DNA from: Candidatus Bathyarchaeota archaeon | GTDB taxonomy: Archaea > Thermoproteota > Bathyarchaeia > 40CM-2-53-6 > RBG-13-38-9 | Reading direction: 5' to 3' | Assembly: GCA_963807605.1 (NCBI GenBank) | Contig: CAWECG010000004.1 | Span: forward strand, 668,007-732,006 | DNA length: 64,000 bases | In this document: piece by piece, positions 1-10,420 of the stretch | Layout: each line of letters opens with the position of its first letter | How positions within the stretch are numbered: position 1 is the first letter of the stretch | Translations under genes and position numbers: made by a program | Notes under the pieces: model-generated | Seen by the model: the letters and a program-made list of their open reading frames with translations, nothing else | The model's database searches: none | What the model was told of the DNA's origin: nothing

Positions 1-98
1 GCCAACAGGTCTATTGTTCGTTTCACCGAAGCCTCAGCTCAGCAGTACTCATGTGTCGGACAACCCAGAATCCTCCGCCAACGATTGCAGCATAGCAC

Positions 99-908
99 CT
101 ACTTATCTGCTTTGAAGTCTTCATGCGCCTTGAATACTAATATACCCATATGACGCCTTCTATAGGAATAGAATTTCATCAGTAACCATCTTCCGATTCC
201 CGGAATTTTATCCATTACTCGTCCGATTCTAATCTTCCATCCGGAACCTGTATCATAAAGGATGCGTTCTAACTCAGCCACATAGATTCTTTGGCATAGG
301 GTACGACTGGATTTTGGATCTAATCTGAATCCGTAGGAGTCGAGTTCTTTGCTCCAGAAGTCTTTCTCATGTACATTTACACGAATTTTGTCCCATGGCT
401 TTGTGATGTACGCAGTTTTCATTACCAGTATTCCATCATTCTTAATTACGCGCCTAATTTCTTGGAACACGAGGTCATAATTCCCGACAAACTCCACTAC
501 TTCGAACATCGTGACAAGATCGAAACGCCCACTTGAAAATGGCAGTCCCTCCTTCTCGAGATCTATCTTCGTGAGATACGAAGAAACCTGGTTTGGTGCT
601 TGTGAAAGCGCATACTCACTTACGTCTACGCCGTAGCTCTCGATACCTATGTTTCTTAATGCGAGAACCAAGAATCCCTTAGCGCATCCAATATCCAGAA
701 CCGAGAGGGGTTTCCACGTCTTTTTTAGTTGATCAGCTAAGAATTCAAACTCAGGAAGAATGTTCGTTATCTTGTATAGAACCGAGATTCTTCCTGGTTG
801 ATCTGGGTCATCTACTCCGCTATCGAAAAAATCCTTATTGAACACTCCTTGTTTATCTGTCACGCATCTCTTCCCAGTAGCAGCGACTTGCTTCCTTATT
901 TTGAGCAC
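99..908 (-). CDS. Class I SAM-dependent methyltransferase
   Basis: VLDIGCAKG motif I, GVDVS, FDLVTMFEVVE. Confidence 0.85.
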   Translation of the reverse strand: MLKIRKQVAATGKRCVTDKQGVFNKDFFDSGVDDPDQPGRISVLYKITNILPEFEFLADQLKKTWKPLSVLDIGCAKGFLVLALRNIGIESYGVDVSEYALSQAPNQVSSYLTKIDLEKEGLPFSSGRFDLVTMFEVVEFVGNYDLVFQEIRRVIKNDGILVMKTAYITKPWDKIRVNVHEKDFWSKELDSYGFRLDPKSSRTLCQRIYVAELERILYDTGSGWKIRIGRVMDKIPGIGRWLLMKFYSYRRRHMGILVFKAHEDFKADK

Positions 909-1430
909 AGCCCGAACTTAACTGTTATGTGGCCTATTCTTGTGTTTGAATGCATCCGAAGTGACTTCGTGATCACGATCATACTCGCCGTTTAGAGAAA
1001 TCTAATCGTCTGCGTTGCTGCAAAGCGTGACCTGTATCGCAAGCGGCACGTAAGAAGTCGTGCCAATATAGCCTTAATGCTCGCTGTTTCAACAGGAGCA
1101 TTTTAGGAACTATGAAGAATGTAGGTGAACAAATCAACAGGCAGTTTACTATCGAACAGCTTTAATTCCAGACTATTTCTGATAACTTCTGTATTGTCCT
1201 GTACAAACGCCCTACATGACCTTTGGCTTTTGCTTGATGAAGCTCTCGGCGATTGTGTGATATATCTTACTTGAGTTGTGGGGGAAGCACTTACGACATC
1301 TAAGGTTGTCCTGTATATGTAGGAGCCTTCTAAATGCTAAATAAGCATGCAATAATCATAGCGACGCCGAGTCATTGTCTTAAACGTGAATGGTTACTTC
1401 GACACTGCTGGACAGACCAAGACCAGCAGG

Positions 1431-2163
1431 TCAGTAGATGCCTAGACGATGAAGTCTTAGCACAGCCTTGGTAGCAATGCGCATTCGAAGTCGTGGAGGT
1501 CTCAAGTCCGGCTTTGGGATTTTGGATGCAGAAAGCCTTTGCACGTCGGCTCCGAACTTCAGACTTAGTCCTTGTAGAAACTCTTCGAAGAGCCGCCGGT
1601 CTGGCTGCGAATAGCCTGGAGAGTAAGCGAGATATATGGAGGATGGCACGTCCTTGAAGTCCCAAGATAAGAACTCGTTGAGTAACCTCCGAGTGTGGGA
1701 TGGGGCATAATTGATGGAGGCAAGGCCATCCCAGTCTATATCAAGGTGTTCGCCACGCTCGATACCGTGACACTCGTGAAACGTGAGCTCGGTGAACTTG
1801 AGCGGTACCTCAGGTCTTGGTTTTAGCCTGCGCAGTAAGAGGTGGGGAATTGATGTGAGGTCACTCTCGTACTTGACGGCCCCAACATCATAGCGACGAC
1901 CCCCAAGATCGTCATGGATCCAGCGCACCGCGCTGACGATTCCTTCTATTATCGCATAAGCGAGGAAATTCCCCGAATCGATTTTGGATCCTTTTCGGGA
2001 TACTTGGATCGGTTACAAATGCATGGCTGTGGCGCCGATCGATGAGCAGTCCCCGCATGTCGCAATGGAAGTCGACATGAGCAAGGTGGATACAGCGATC
2101 TCCGCGTTCGCGCCAGAGTTGGTAGATCTGATCATGTTCTTCAGCAACAAAAATATTAGCCAT
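1431..2163 (-). pseudogene. UPF0489/arginase-like fold protein, frameshifted near 1985
   Basis: EEHDQ...HVDFHCD in ORF 1912..2175 and HLDIDWD...YSPGY in ORF 1431..1928, two frames. Confidence 0.55.
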
Positions 2164-2484
2164 TGAGGATTTCACCTTGTGTTGAACCTGTCAACCATTC
2201 TTTTGTTCCGCATAAATTCAATTTCAGGTCAAACTGTTCCAAGCAGTTACGCAACCGCGATCTAGGACACTCAAATGAATAGGCAAGCTATGCCCGGATC
2301 AGCCCCTGCACGTGACTCTGACCCGCAGTCATCCAGAACGACTTTAGCGAGTGCCTCACACACGATGTGGACAGATATCTAGCGGAAGGCTTACGTAACC
2401 CTTCCTCGACAATTCCACTCACCCTACAATCCCCAAACCCGCTCCAGAACCTATTATTGACAATACTGTTCCATACGCGCGCGT

Positions 2485-2863
2485 TTTCACCTCGATGTAG
2501 CTCGGTCTTTCAACCGAAAAGGATGGTCAGTCATGGCCCCTCTTGCTGAATGACGATCCGGTAGCATCTTAATATAACTATAGGTATTCTAACAAGATGT
2601 ATTGCTATCTCTTTGGATTCGAACCTGCTTATTCGAAATATGCCGTCGGAATGATCCTCGACCTCTATCTAATCGAGCACAGCATTCAGAATGGTATGAG
2701 AGAATATGATTTCACGAGGGGTGATGAACCCTACAAGAGAATGTGGGGAACACTCGCAAAGAGAAACCTAAAAATTATTGCTGCAAGAAAAAGGATTGTT
2801 CACTTCACATACGATTGCATTGACTTCGCCAAAGACAGAGCACGTGCATTAACACTTACATAA
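2485..2863 (+). pseudogene. C-terminal fragment of a CelD/BcsL-like GNAT acetyltransferase (paralogue of 6269..7336), inverted
   Basis: FHLDVARSF..KGW..KMYCYLFGFEPAYSKY..EYDFTRGDEPYKRMW aligns with the intact gene; contains a frameshift and a stop. Confidence 0.85.
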
Positions 2864-2956
2864 TCCTAACTGCTGAACTAGGACTATGTGTTCACCAAAA
2901 GCTCTGACTTCTCCTTTCTTCTTCCTGATAAACCCTGACATGCTTTAGCACACGCA

Positions 2957-3108
2957 GAAGGGATTAGCGCTGGCTTAGATGCCGATTCCAACTGATTTAT
3001 CTCACCCACCTTTGACCAAGCTTTGCCAACGGGATGCTCTGGAAATCCCAAACTTGTTGCCTTCTTGGTAAGGAGGCTCATATCCGCATACGAAATCTTG
3101 CCTGTCAA
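2957..3108 (-). pseudogene. Internal fragment of a phosphotransferase paralogue of 5052..6110
   Basis: Nucleotide similarity to ~5445-5590; shared VGKAWS/VSKAWS and ASKPALI. Confidence 0.8.
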
Positions 3109-3158
3109 GCGCGTGCGCTGCCAGGTAGACCAATTAACATCTCTCCGTAACCAGTTCT

Positions 3159-4140
3159 TTATTCTTGCTTGACGGATACCGACCATTCTTCAATACGAAG
3201 GATGTCCTCCATACTTAACCTATACGAAATATCCTCACCAATCTCATAGTTTCTGCCTTCCATCCTAAAGAACCGATTTCCCCACGCGCTCGCCCGTGTG
3301 TTCGTACGCAATGGTGATGTGTCAAAACTGATCTCGTCGTCAAATATGACTCGGAAATAAAAACATAATCCGTCCATTGACCCAGAGCGAACCACTCGTT
3401 TCGACGTCTCTATAAATTTGGGGAAGTCACTTTGAGACGTTAATTCGTTGAGATCAAATGCAAGAATAGCCCTTGGCTCACATAGAAAGTAGTCCAAAGC
3501 AGCGGGCCCCACCCATTTCAGCTTGTAGCCAGCAGGTTTGAACGCGTGCGCGCGTTTGAACTTATCGATTTCATCCAAATATTTTAGAAATCCATAGTCG
3601 ATATTGTTCAGTCTATTTTCCCATAAAAAAGGAACCTTATGATCCTTTCTTAGGCTGATCGGTTCAAGAAAGAGTTCAAACTTACTCGACAGGATTCGCC
3701 CTGTTTTTTAGTAAACGATCTTTCAGATCCAAAACGTCTTGGACCATATTCTCGTTAAAAAGATTATCGCCCATCTGTTCTTGAAGAATAATGTCTACGT
3801 TCTCTGGCGGTGCAAAGTCTCGACTATTGGTCTGCACAAATTCAATATTACTTATATTGTTGTGTTCCGCAATTCTCCGTGCTACTTTAATAATATCTGA
3901 ATGATCGATCGCATAGATTCTCTTTGGTTTTTGTTCAGCCGCATAAAATGAGAGAATTCCTGTCCCGGTGCCAAGGTCAACGACAACATCACCTGGCTTG
4001 ATGTAACGTTTGATAGCATCATGATAGCTTTTATTCCGAACAGTATCTGCAAGCATCTTTTCGTGTTCGTAAAGGTCGTTAAATTCTTCAACGGCTTTTG
4101 CGTCAATGAGGAGGGTCCGAAGAAATCTGCTCGAATTCAA
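3159..4140 (-). CDS. PRMT-like class I methyltransferase, frameshifted near 3700
   Basis: HEKMLADTVRN, DLGTGTGILS, QEQMG..FNE double-E loop, C-terminal FDTSP..WG; two ORFs join by a frameshift. Confidence 0.7.
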
Positions 4141-4242
4141 GAGTCTTATTAGACTTGGAAGGACCAGCGCAGTGACTTTTCGGTTATTTGTGACACTTCA
4201 AAAACTCCTCCGAATACCCCTCTAAGCGCGCGCTTTTTAAGC

Positions 4243-5022
4243 TTAATGCTTCGAATTTCCCTTTGTACCTGCCGCCAGAATTAGATAGGCCAAATGGATT
4301 GAGAATGGCAGGGCGGAAAGTAATCTTTCTAGATACACTGAAAAACTACCTGTCTTCACTGCAATAGAGTAAGGCACATTTACGATGTATACTAGTTTGT
4401 CCAGACTAAAGCCGCCAATCTTGACTAAAAGCCTCCGAATATCGAGAAGGTTAAAACAAAAATAAGTGATTCTAGGGGTTCCAGCCCCATGGTAGCCTTC
4501 CTTTCTTCGCAGTATCATCCTTTGCTTCAGTCCCCAATTGTAAACTGTCAAGACAAATACTCCTCCGGGTTCCAGAATTCGAGAAACTTCCCTGATAGCC
4601 TTCGTCCTACTAGCCTCACTCGGAAGGTGCTCAAACACTTCACAGCTTATGACCCTATCAAAAGATGATTGATTCAAAGGTAGAAAGCATATATCAGCAC
4701 AAATAGCCTCTGCCCTATTCCAGCATTTATTCTTCAGAATTTTCAAAGATTCATTCGCGAAGTCCACGGCAACAACCGAGCATCCTCGCTTAAGAAGTTC
4801 CTCAGTAATTATCCCGGTTCCTGAACCTAAATCTAGAACTTGACTATTCTGTTCCGCCCTCAGTTCATTTACTGTTCGAACAACTTCGTAGAAATGGTAT
4901 TTATTTAGATGCGCTTCATCGTAGGTTTTTGCCTCTTTATTTCTAACCTTCATCTCTGAACTTTTCAGATAGTCATCATCCTCTTTCTCGGTCAGGTGCG
5001 TTGACTTTTTTGACTCTAACAT
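4243..5022 (-). CDS. Class I SAM-dependent methyltransferase
   Basis: VLDLGSGTG, AVDF, FDRVISCEVFEHL. Confidence 0.85.
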   Translation of the reverse strand: MLESKKSTHLTEKEDDDYLKSSEMKVRNKEAKTYDEAHLNKYHFYEVVRTVNELRAEQNSQVLDLGSGTGIITEELLKRGCSVVAVDFANESLKILKNKCWNRAEAICADICFLPLNQSSFDRVISCEVFEHLPSEASRTKAIREVSRILEPGGVFVLTVYNWGLKQRMILRRKEGYHGAGTPRITYFCFNLLDIRRLLVKIGGFSLDKLVYIVNVPYSIAVKTGSFSVYLERLLSALPFSIHLAYLILAAGTKGNSKH

Positions 5023-5051
5023 AATCTTCCAACCTTACAAGTGCGTGGCAG

Positions 5052-6110
5052 TCAGGTGTCGTTAGAAAGTGATTGGATACTTGCGAGCGCTTTTCTAGCC
5101 ACAAGAGCCGCGAGCAAATGGGGTGTTTTGCTACCGTGAAGTAACTCCACAAAATATACCCATTGCCTTAGAAGTTCCAACGCGCAAAAGGCATTAGCCA
5201 CCTTACTACCAGCCTCGTTCCTTCCACTTTGAAGAAATATAGATCTTACCATGTGTCTAAGTGTACCGTTGCCTAGCTGCGGAACCATAAGTTCCGGAAC
5301 CATAAGTTCCGGAACCATAAGTTCAATAGAACAATAGAACGTAGCCAAGTCTAGAAACGCTGGACCTATCTGAAGACCCTCAAAATCGACTGCAGAGACA
5401 CGAGATTCGCTCAGGAAAACATGATCAGGGCAAAAAGCATAATGGATTAGCGCTGGCTTAGACGCCCATTCATACTGTCTTATAATATCGATCATTGACC
5501 AAGCTTTACTAACGAGATGCCCTGGCAATCCTGAACTCACTGCTCTCTTGATAAGAGCTTCATATCCGCATACGAAATCTTCTCTATCAAGAGAAATATC
5601 TTCAACATCTATGCTGTGCAAGAACCTGAGCCATCCTGCCGTTCGCTTCATCTGTCGGGCTAGCGTCAAGGTTCTTCCCTGTGTAGGGGGCATTACCTTG
5701 GCCCATAGCACCAGATCATTCAGGCATACACCTTCGACTCCCGCTGTAACTACTGCATTTACCCCTTTGATCAGGTCGATCGGCTTTGAGACTTCGAAAT
5801 CATTTGATGTCTCAAAGTGCTTCCATGCGATTTGCAGCTTTCGAAATTCGTCAGCCGCAGTGAGATAGTTTTGATGAACCTTCACAAACAGAGTTCTTTT
5901 CACCAACTTAGTGCTGGTGCTTTCGAGGACTACCTTGAAGATTTGTCGACCGCACCATCCTTTTGGCGGGAAGCTAGCGTTCGTGTGTAGAGATGGAAAG
6001 CAGCGATCCGCTATACGGAAAGTCAAGCCGGGGCATCCTTTCAATTCGGGAAAATATTCCAAGAGCCGCGGCCTTATTTCATCAGCCACCAGATCTATCG
6101 CTCGTTTCAT
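5052..6110 (-). CDS. APH/kinase-like phosphotransferase family protein (catalytic HGD degenerate)
   Basis: LFVK, LRFLH, LIHYAFCPDHV, AVDFE, DLA motifs. Confidence 0.65.
   Translation of the reverse strand: MKRAIDLVADEIRPRLLEYFPELKGCPGLTFRIADRCFPSLHTNASFPPKGWCGRQIFKVVLESTSTKLVKRTLFVKVHQNYLTAADEFRKLQIAWKHFETSNDFEVSKPIDLIKGVNAVVTAGVEGVCLNDLVLWAKVMPPTQGRTLTLARQMKRTAGWLRFLHSIDVEDISLDREDFVCGYEALIKRAVSSGLPGHLVSKAWSMIDIIRQYEWASKPALIHYAFCPDHVFLSESRVSAVDFEGLQIGPAFLDLATFYCSIELMVPELMVPELMVPQLGNGTLRHMVRSIFLQSGRNEAGSKVANAFCALELLRQWVYFVELLHGSKTPHLLAALVARKALASIQSLSNDT
5280..5324. repeat. 15-bp in-frame tandem repeat x3 (ELMVP)
   Basis: cggaaccataagttc three times. Confidence 0.95.
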
Positions 6111-6268
6111 TCAAACGCGCCAGTTCAGTAACTAATGTGTTGAACAATCTAGCCCTACACACGCGTGCGTCAAGTCTGAGAAGATAATTGGATCCAATAA
6201 CTGCCCTCCAGACAATCTGACAGCGTCAAGTTTTCTCATTGATCTCTCATAACCACGGGTCTACCAGC

Positions 6269-7336
6269 CTATTTGTAGCGCGCGCGTTTGAGAAGATCTA
6301 TTGATCGATAGGCCCTATAGATGATCTTCTTTCTAGCAGCTAGCATTCTTAGGTTCCCTCTTCTGAGTGTATTCCACCGCCGTTTGTAGGGTTCACTCTC
6401 GTGCCCCCTCATAAAATCATATTCCTTCAGACCCCACTTAATGCTGCTCGCTATAAGATAACGATTCAAAAGCGATCCAACGCTGTACTTGGAATAGAAA
6501 GGTTCAAAACCAGATTGGTAGAAATACATCTTATCAGAATACTTGAAATTATACTGAGCCGCTACAGGCCGGCTGTCCGGCATCAAGAAGCTCAGGGCCA
6601 ACCATCCTTTCTCTGCAAAGGACCTTGCCACGTCGAGATGGAAATCTCGTACCTTCTGATCTGAGAAAATACCAACTAAATTCTTGGAACGCATACGCCT
6701 TTGATGTAGATCAAAGAAAACCTCCATGGCATTATCGGGGAGTTCGCCCTCCGTCAAAACCCTGAAATGTACTTTGTGGTTCTCCTTCAATCTTCTTTCC
6801 TGCCTTCTTAGGTCTTTTATGAAATGTGGGTCGACTCCTCGCAAGTAGTCCCCGAAATCGTTCGGTAGTGGAATGTAAGCACATCCGACCATTTCCTTTT
6901 CTTTAAAGTCCATGGATTCGGATGAAGCTGATCTTAGTAGTTTAGCCGTCTCAAAGCAATTAGACACGTTGTTCAGTTCGATAACGTTCCAACTCGGCTT
7001 ATTCTGGTTTACATAATCAAGGATCATATCTACAGGTTCCTTAGCCTTCGCAGTGAGTAGGAAGCTATGATAATCTGACTCCGGAGTTCCAACGAATTCT
7101 ACCTTAAGCCCCAGCATCGGGCATCTAGAGATCATTAGCGGAGCCGCGGCCAAGATTCTTTCGCCATCGACAACTGTGACCAGAAGAAACCCCCTCCCCG
7201 TCCCGAAATGTTTCCACCAATTTGACAACCACTCCCATGTTAGGAATACATGGTTATCGATACTTTCTTTCAAAGTACTGTTCCATAGATCTCTCCGATC
7301 CAAGAACTCTTCCAAGGACCACTTGACTACTCTCAA
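6269..7336 (-). CDS. CelD/BcsL-like GNAT acetyltransferase
   Basis: FLTWEWLSNWWKHF, SDY, YQSGF...SVG...YDFMRG.EPYKRRW. Confidence 0.85.
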   Translation of the reverse strand: MRVVKWSLEEFLDRRDLWNSTLKESIDNHVFLTWEWLSNWWKHFGTGRGFLLVTVVDGERILAAAPLMISRCPMLGLKVEFVGTPESDYHSFLLTAKAKEPVDMILDYVNQNKPSWNVIELNNVSNCFETAKLLRSASSESMDFKEKEMVGCAYIPLPNDFGDYLRGVDPHFIKDLRRQERRLKENHKVHFRVLTEGELPDNAMEVFFDLHQRRMRSKNLVGIFSDQKVRDFHLDVARSFAEKGWLALSFLMPDSRPVAAQYNFKYSDKMYFYQSGFEPFYSKYSVGSLLNRYLIASSIKWGLKEYDFMRGHESEPYKRRWNTLRRGNLRMLAARKKIIYRAYRSIDLLKRARYK

Positions 7337-7601
7337 GTTAACGACTTCTCAAAATATGATACAAACTTCTAACAATGTAACTGACTCTAGCCGCGAAGCC
7401 AGTTAACTGTTACTACGTGCGCTTGCATTTCGGGAGATCTCACTGATGACGTTTGTCCTGCTAATCTAGTTGTGAAAAAATCCTTCCAGAGATTTTGCAT
7501 TCATAAGTGGAAAACAAATATTGTCGCGTCGCAACAGAAAGCCATGCCTACGGCATCTCCCCCTCACTAGCTCCAATATTCCTTCTATCATAAACATATT
7601 T

Positions 7602-7860
7602 CTAGTATTTCATATATATTGTCCAGCCCCTGCACTTGGCACAAACTGTTTCTCGAACGTCATCTTTCGGACTGTAACTGGAGAAAACATGGCGCGCTCT
7701 TACGTAGGCGTCTCCATTCCAGACCTCCACCACTGACTTATCAATTATGTTTCCAAAATCACTCTTCCTTTGACTGACAAAACAACAAGGGGATACCCCT
7801 CCGTCCGAGTTGATTCTTATGTTTTCCCACAAATCGGAGCACTACAAAAAGGGGTCCACA
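7602..7860 (-). pseudogene. Radical SAM SPASM-domain fragment
   Basis: CSDLWENIRINSDGGVSPCC..FGNI..VWNG..CAKC; no radical SAM core upstream. Confidence 0.75.
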
Positions 7861-8113
7861 GGGCGCGCGCTGTTAGTTCATTTGTCAAAATACGCACCAG
7901 ATCTGACCTAAGAGTTGACTGAGGAATATCCTCATAACTATGACATCTAAGGACGGCTGGTCCTCACAAGTTCTATCTCTTAAGTGTTCCTTTCTGAGCA
8001 CAACATCTTTCTCAGCGACATGTCAGAATAATTGTTTCGAACGCGCGCGCTACCAATAACATAACTCTGGTCCTAGCCTACATATATGCAATGTTTGCAC
8101 AGGCGTCAAACAA

Positions 8114-9256
8114 TCATAATGGGCTCTGCTTACGAAGAATCATTCTAAATGCATGCTTCCAGGCGGCAAGTACCTTGTCTACATTACAGAAATCCAGCAA
8201 CGCGTGATACGCATTATTCGATATATCATCCAAATCTCTCCTCTCTAGGATTTCTAAGACTCTTTCTGCGAGGTGTTCCACGCTGATATTGACCAGGAGA
8301 AATGCACTTCTTCCATCATCTAGAAGACTTGTTAACGCAGCAATAGGTGCAGCTAACACTGGCGTGCCACTCGCCATCGCTTCTAGCACCACTGCACCAT
8401 ACGCTTCGAATTTTGACGGCAGAACAAGTAACTTCAATTTCTTTAAGTAGGACTCAACTCTGTTGGTCCAAGGAATCAGAACTACTCGATCTCTTATTTT
8501 CAGAGAACCCACCTCCTGTTCGACCCATTCTTTGAAAGGCCCATCCCCAACCACTAAGAAGTTCACATCGCTCCTCCGTGATGCAACAATCGAAATTGAT
8601 TTAACAAACTCCATTATTCCCTTCTCCCAACTTAGGCGACCAACAAAACCAACGATGTTTTCCCTTTTAGAGGGCACAGAATAATTGAATACTTTAAAAA
8701 ACGCCTTGTCACAAAATCTAACAGGCGCCACATACGTCTTTTCTACATATTTCCTAAGTACAGGATCCATCTTCAAAATATATTGTGAAACAGCAAGGAT
8801 TCCTTTTGACCACCTGTAACACAGATCATCCATGATATCAGCCAGCCTCCAGAAGATGATACTTCTTGGATGAATTGGTAGACTGATCCCGCCTGTATAC
8901 TCTATTGCATACTTCCTCAAAATGTGTAGCAACAACATCGTAAGTGGCATGGTAGTATGGGAACATACTACAAAATCTGTCCTTCGACTTAGTTTAAGTA
9001 CAAGCATAGCCACCGATAAATCTTCCAACATAAATACGAGTATCCTCAGCAAAATATTGTTCATGGGAGTATTCAAAACTCTAGATAATGGTACCTCGAA
9101 CAAAATGACTTCCTTCGGCAGCTCCTCAGGCGTATCGTCCTTGAAACCGATGAGATAGACGGGCCTAAAATTAAGTAGAGTCATAATCTTAGCCGTATCG
9201 ACGCGAAGCCAAGTCACAGGATTTCTCGGCGAGAAAACCAGAAGGATAGCTGGCAT
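8114..9256 (-). CDS. GT4 glycosyltransferase
   Basis: GFVGRLSWEKG, VGDGP, EAYGAVVLEAMASGTPV. Confidence 0.9.
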   Translation of the reverse strand: MPAILLVFSPRNPVTWLRVDTAKIMTLLNFRPVYLIGFKDDTPEELPKEVILFEVPLSRVLNTPMNNILLRILVFMLEDLSVAMLVLKLSRRTDFVVCSHTTMPLTMLLLHILRKYAIEYTGGISLPIHPRSIIFWRLADIMDDLCYRWSKGILAVSQYILKMDPVLRKYVEKTYVAPVRFCDKAFFKVFNYSVPSKRENIVGFVGRLSWEKGIMEFVKSISIVASRRSDVNFLVVGDGPFKEWVEQEVGSLKIRDRVVLIPWTNRVESYLKKLKLLVLPSKFEAYGAVVLEAMASGTPVLAAPIAALTSLLDDGRSAFLLVNISVEHLAERVLEILERRDLDDISNNAYHALLDFCNVDKVLAAWKHAFRMILRKQSPL

Positions 9257-9296
9257 GATAGATCTATGTGACTTCTTTTATTCCTCTTGATTCATT

Positions 9297-9424
9297 TACG
9301 TACGCGCGTAAATGTGTATTTCACATATGGTTCTGGATTTTTTGGAAATATGCTATTCCTTGACGCTTTTAGGAAGCTGTGTTCCCACATCATTTCCCAT
9401 AACTTCAACCTCTCTGACCATACA
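9297..9424 (-). pseudogene. 3' fragment of a PIG-L-like deacetylase paralogue
   Basis: High nucleotide similarity to 10430-10550 and 10690-10740. Confidence 0.85.
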
Positions 9425-9596
9425 GCGCGCGCATTCTTCGATTCATTGAGTTTATCGAGGACATAGATATCATTAGACGCTTCCCGACATTCCCAAGGCC
9501 AAATTGTACCTATTTCCAGTAGACGCCATCAGCTATATATCCGTTTACCCCATTGGCCAGTTCATTGGATAAGTTTCTTTTGGACTACACACGCAC

Positions 9597-10388
9597 CTAA
9601 CCTGACGTCTTCGGTTTCACTGCCCTCACCGTTATTAAGACCTCATAATCGGGGTCAAAGTAATCCACTTCCCCCTCGCCCAGCTCCTCCGTCGCCAAAC
9701 CTTCAAGAAAGGCAACTGCCGCGAAAACGTTTCCATATGACTTGACCGTGATGTTTGCAGCCGGAAAGTACTCCTGGAACAGCCGTTGTGCTGATTGGGT
9801 TGTAAATCGCCAGTATTCGCCCCATGGGTCTATGCCAATGCGACAGCTAATCTTGTTGAGGCCACTCGTAGTGGCCAAGAGCACCCCGCCCGGCTTCAGG
9901 ATACGATAGAGGTGCCGAAGTGTTGCTTTCACATCGTAAATGCACTCAAGTGTTTGCGTGAAGATAATGGAGTCAAAAGTATCCGACTGTATATTGTCAG
10001 CGCGGGTCAAGTCCGCCACAATGGTTGCCTTCCGATTGCCCTCCACTGCATGAAGCACATCGCTCTTGGTGACGCGGTTACCTCCAAACTTTCGAGTGTA
10101 AAAGTCGTCCTCTATTTCTAGTACATGACCCCGGATGTCCGAAGAGTATGTAGATAGAAACTGCTCTATGTAGTGACGGTCAATGGGCAGACCTCGGTCA
10201 AAGCCAAAATTGCGATTAATAGGCGTCAGCCGTCGCAAGTCACCAAACCGCACCGTTCCTGCTAGTGGCCATACCAATCGGTATCGACATTTCTGCTTCC
10301 AAAGCCAATTTTCAGCCTTTAGCGGGAGAACTACTTTCGCTAGTGCCTTGACTCGATCGCTGAGAATAGAAGAAAAATCTTCTCTCAT
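9597..10388 (-). CDS. SAM-dependent methyltransferase (glycan-cluster type)
   Basis: FGFDRGLPIDRHYIE, VLEI, FDSIIFTQTL, YWRFT. Confidence 0.85.
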   Translation of the reverse strand: MREDFSSILSDRVKALAKVVLPLKAENWLWKQKCRYRLVWPLAGTVRFGDLRRLTPINRNFGFDRGLPIDRHYIEQFLSTYSSDIRGHVLEIEDDFYTRKFGGNRVTKSDVLHAVEGNRKATIVADLTRADNIQSDTFDSIIFTQTLECIYDVKATLRHLYRILKPGGVLLATTSGLNKISCRIGIDPWGEYWRFTTQSAQRLFQEYFPAANITVKSYGNVFAAVAFLEGLATEELGEGEVDYFDPDYEVLITVRAVKPKTSG

Positions 10389-10420
10389 TTGCTCACGACA
10401 AACCTACATGGGTTTCTTCA

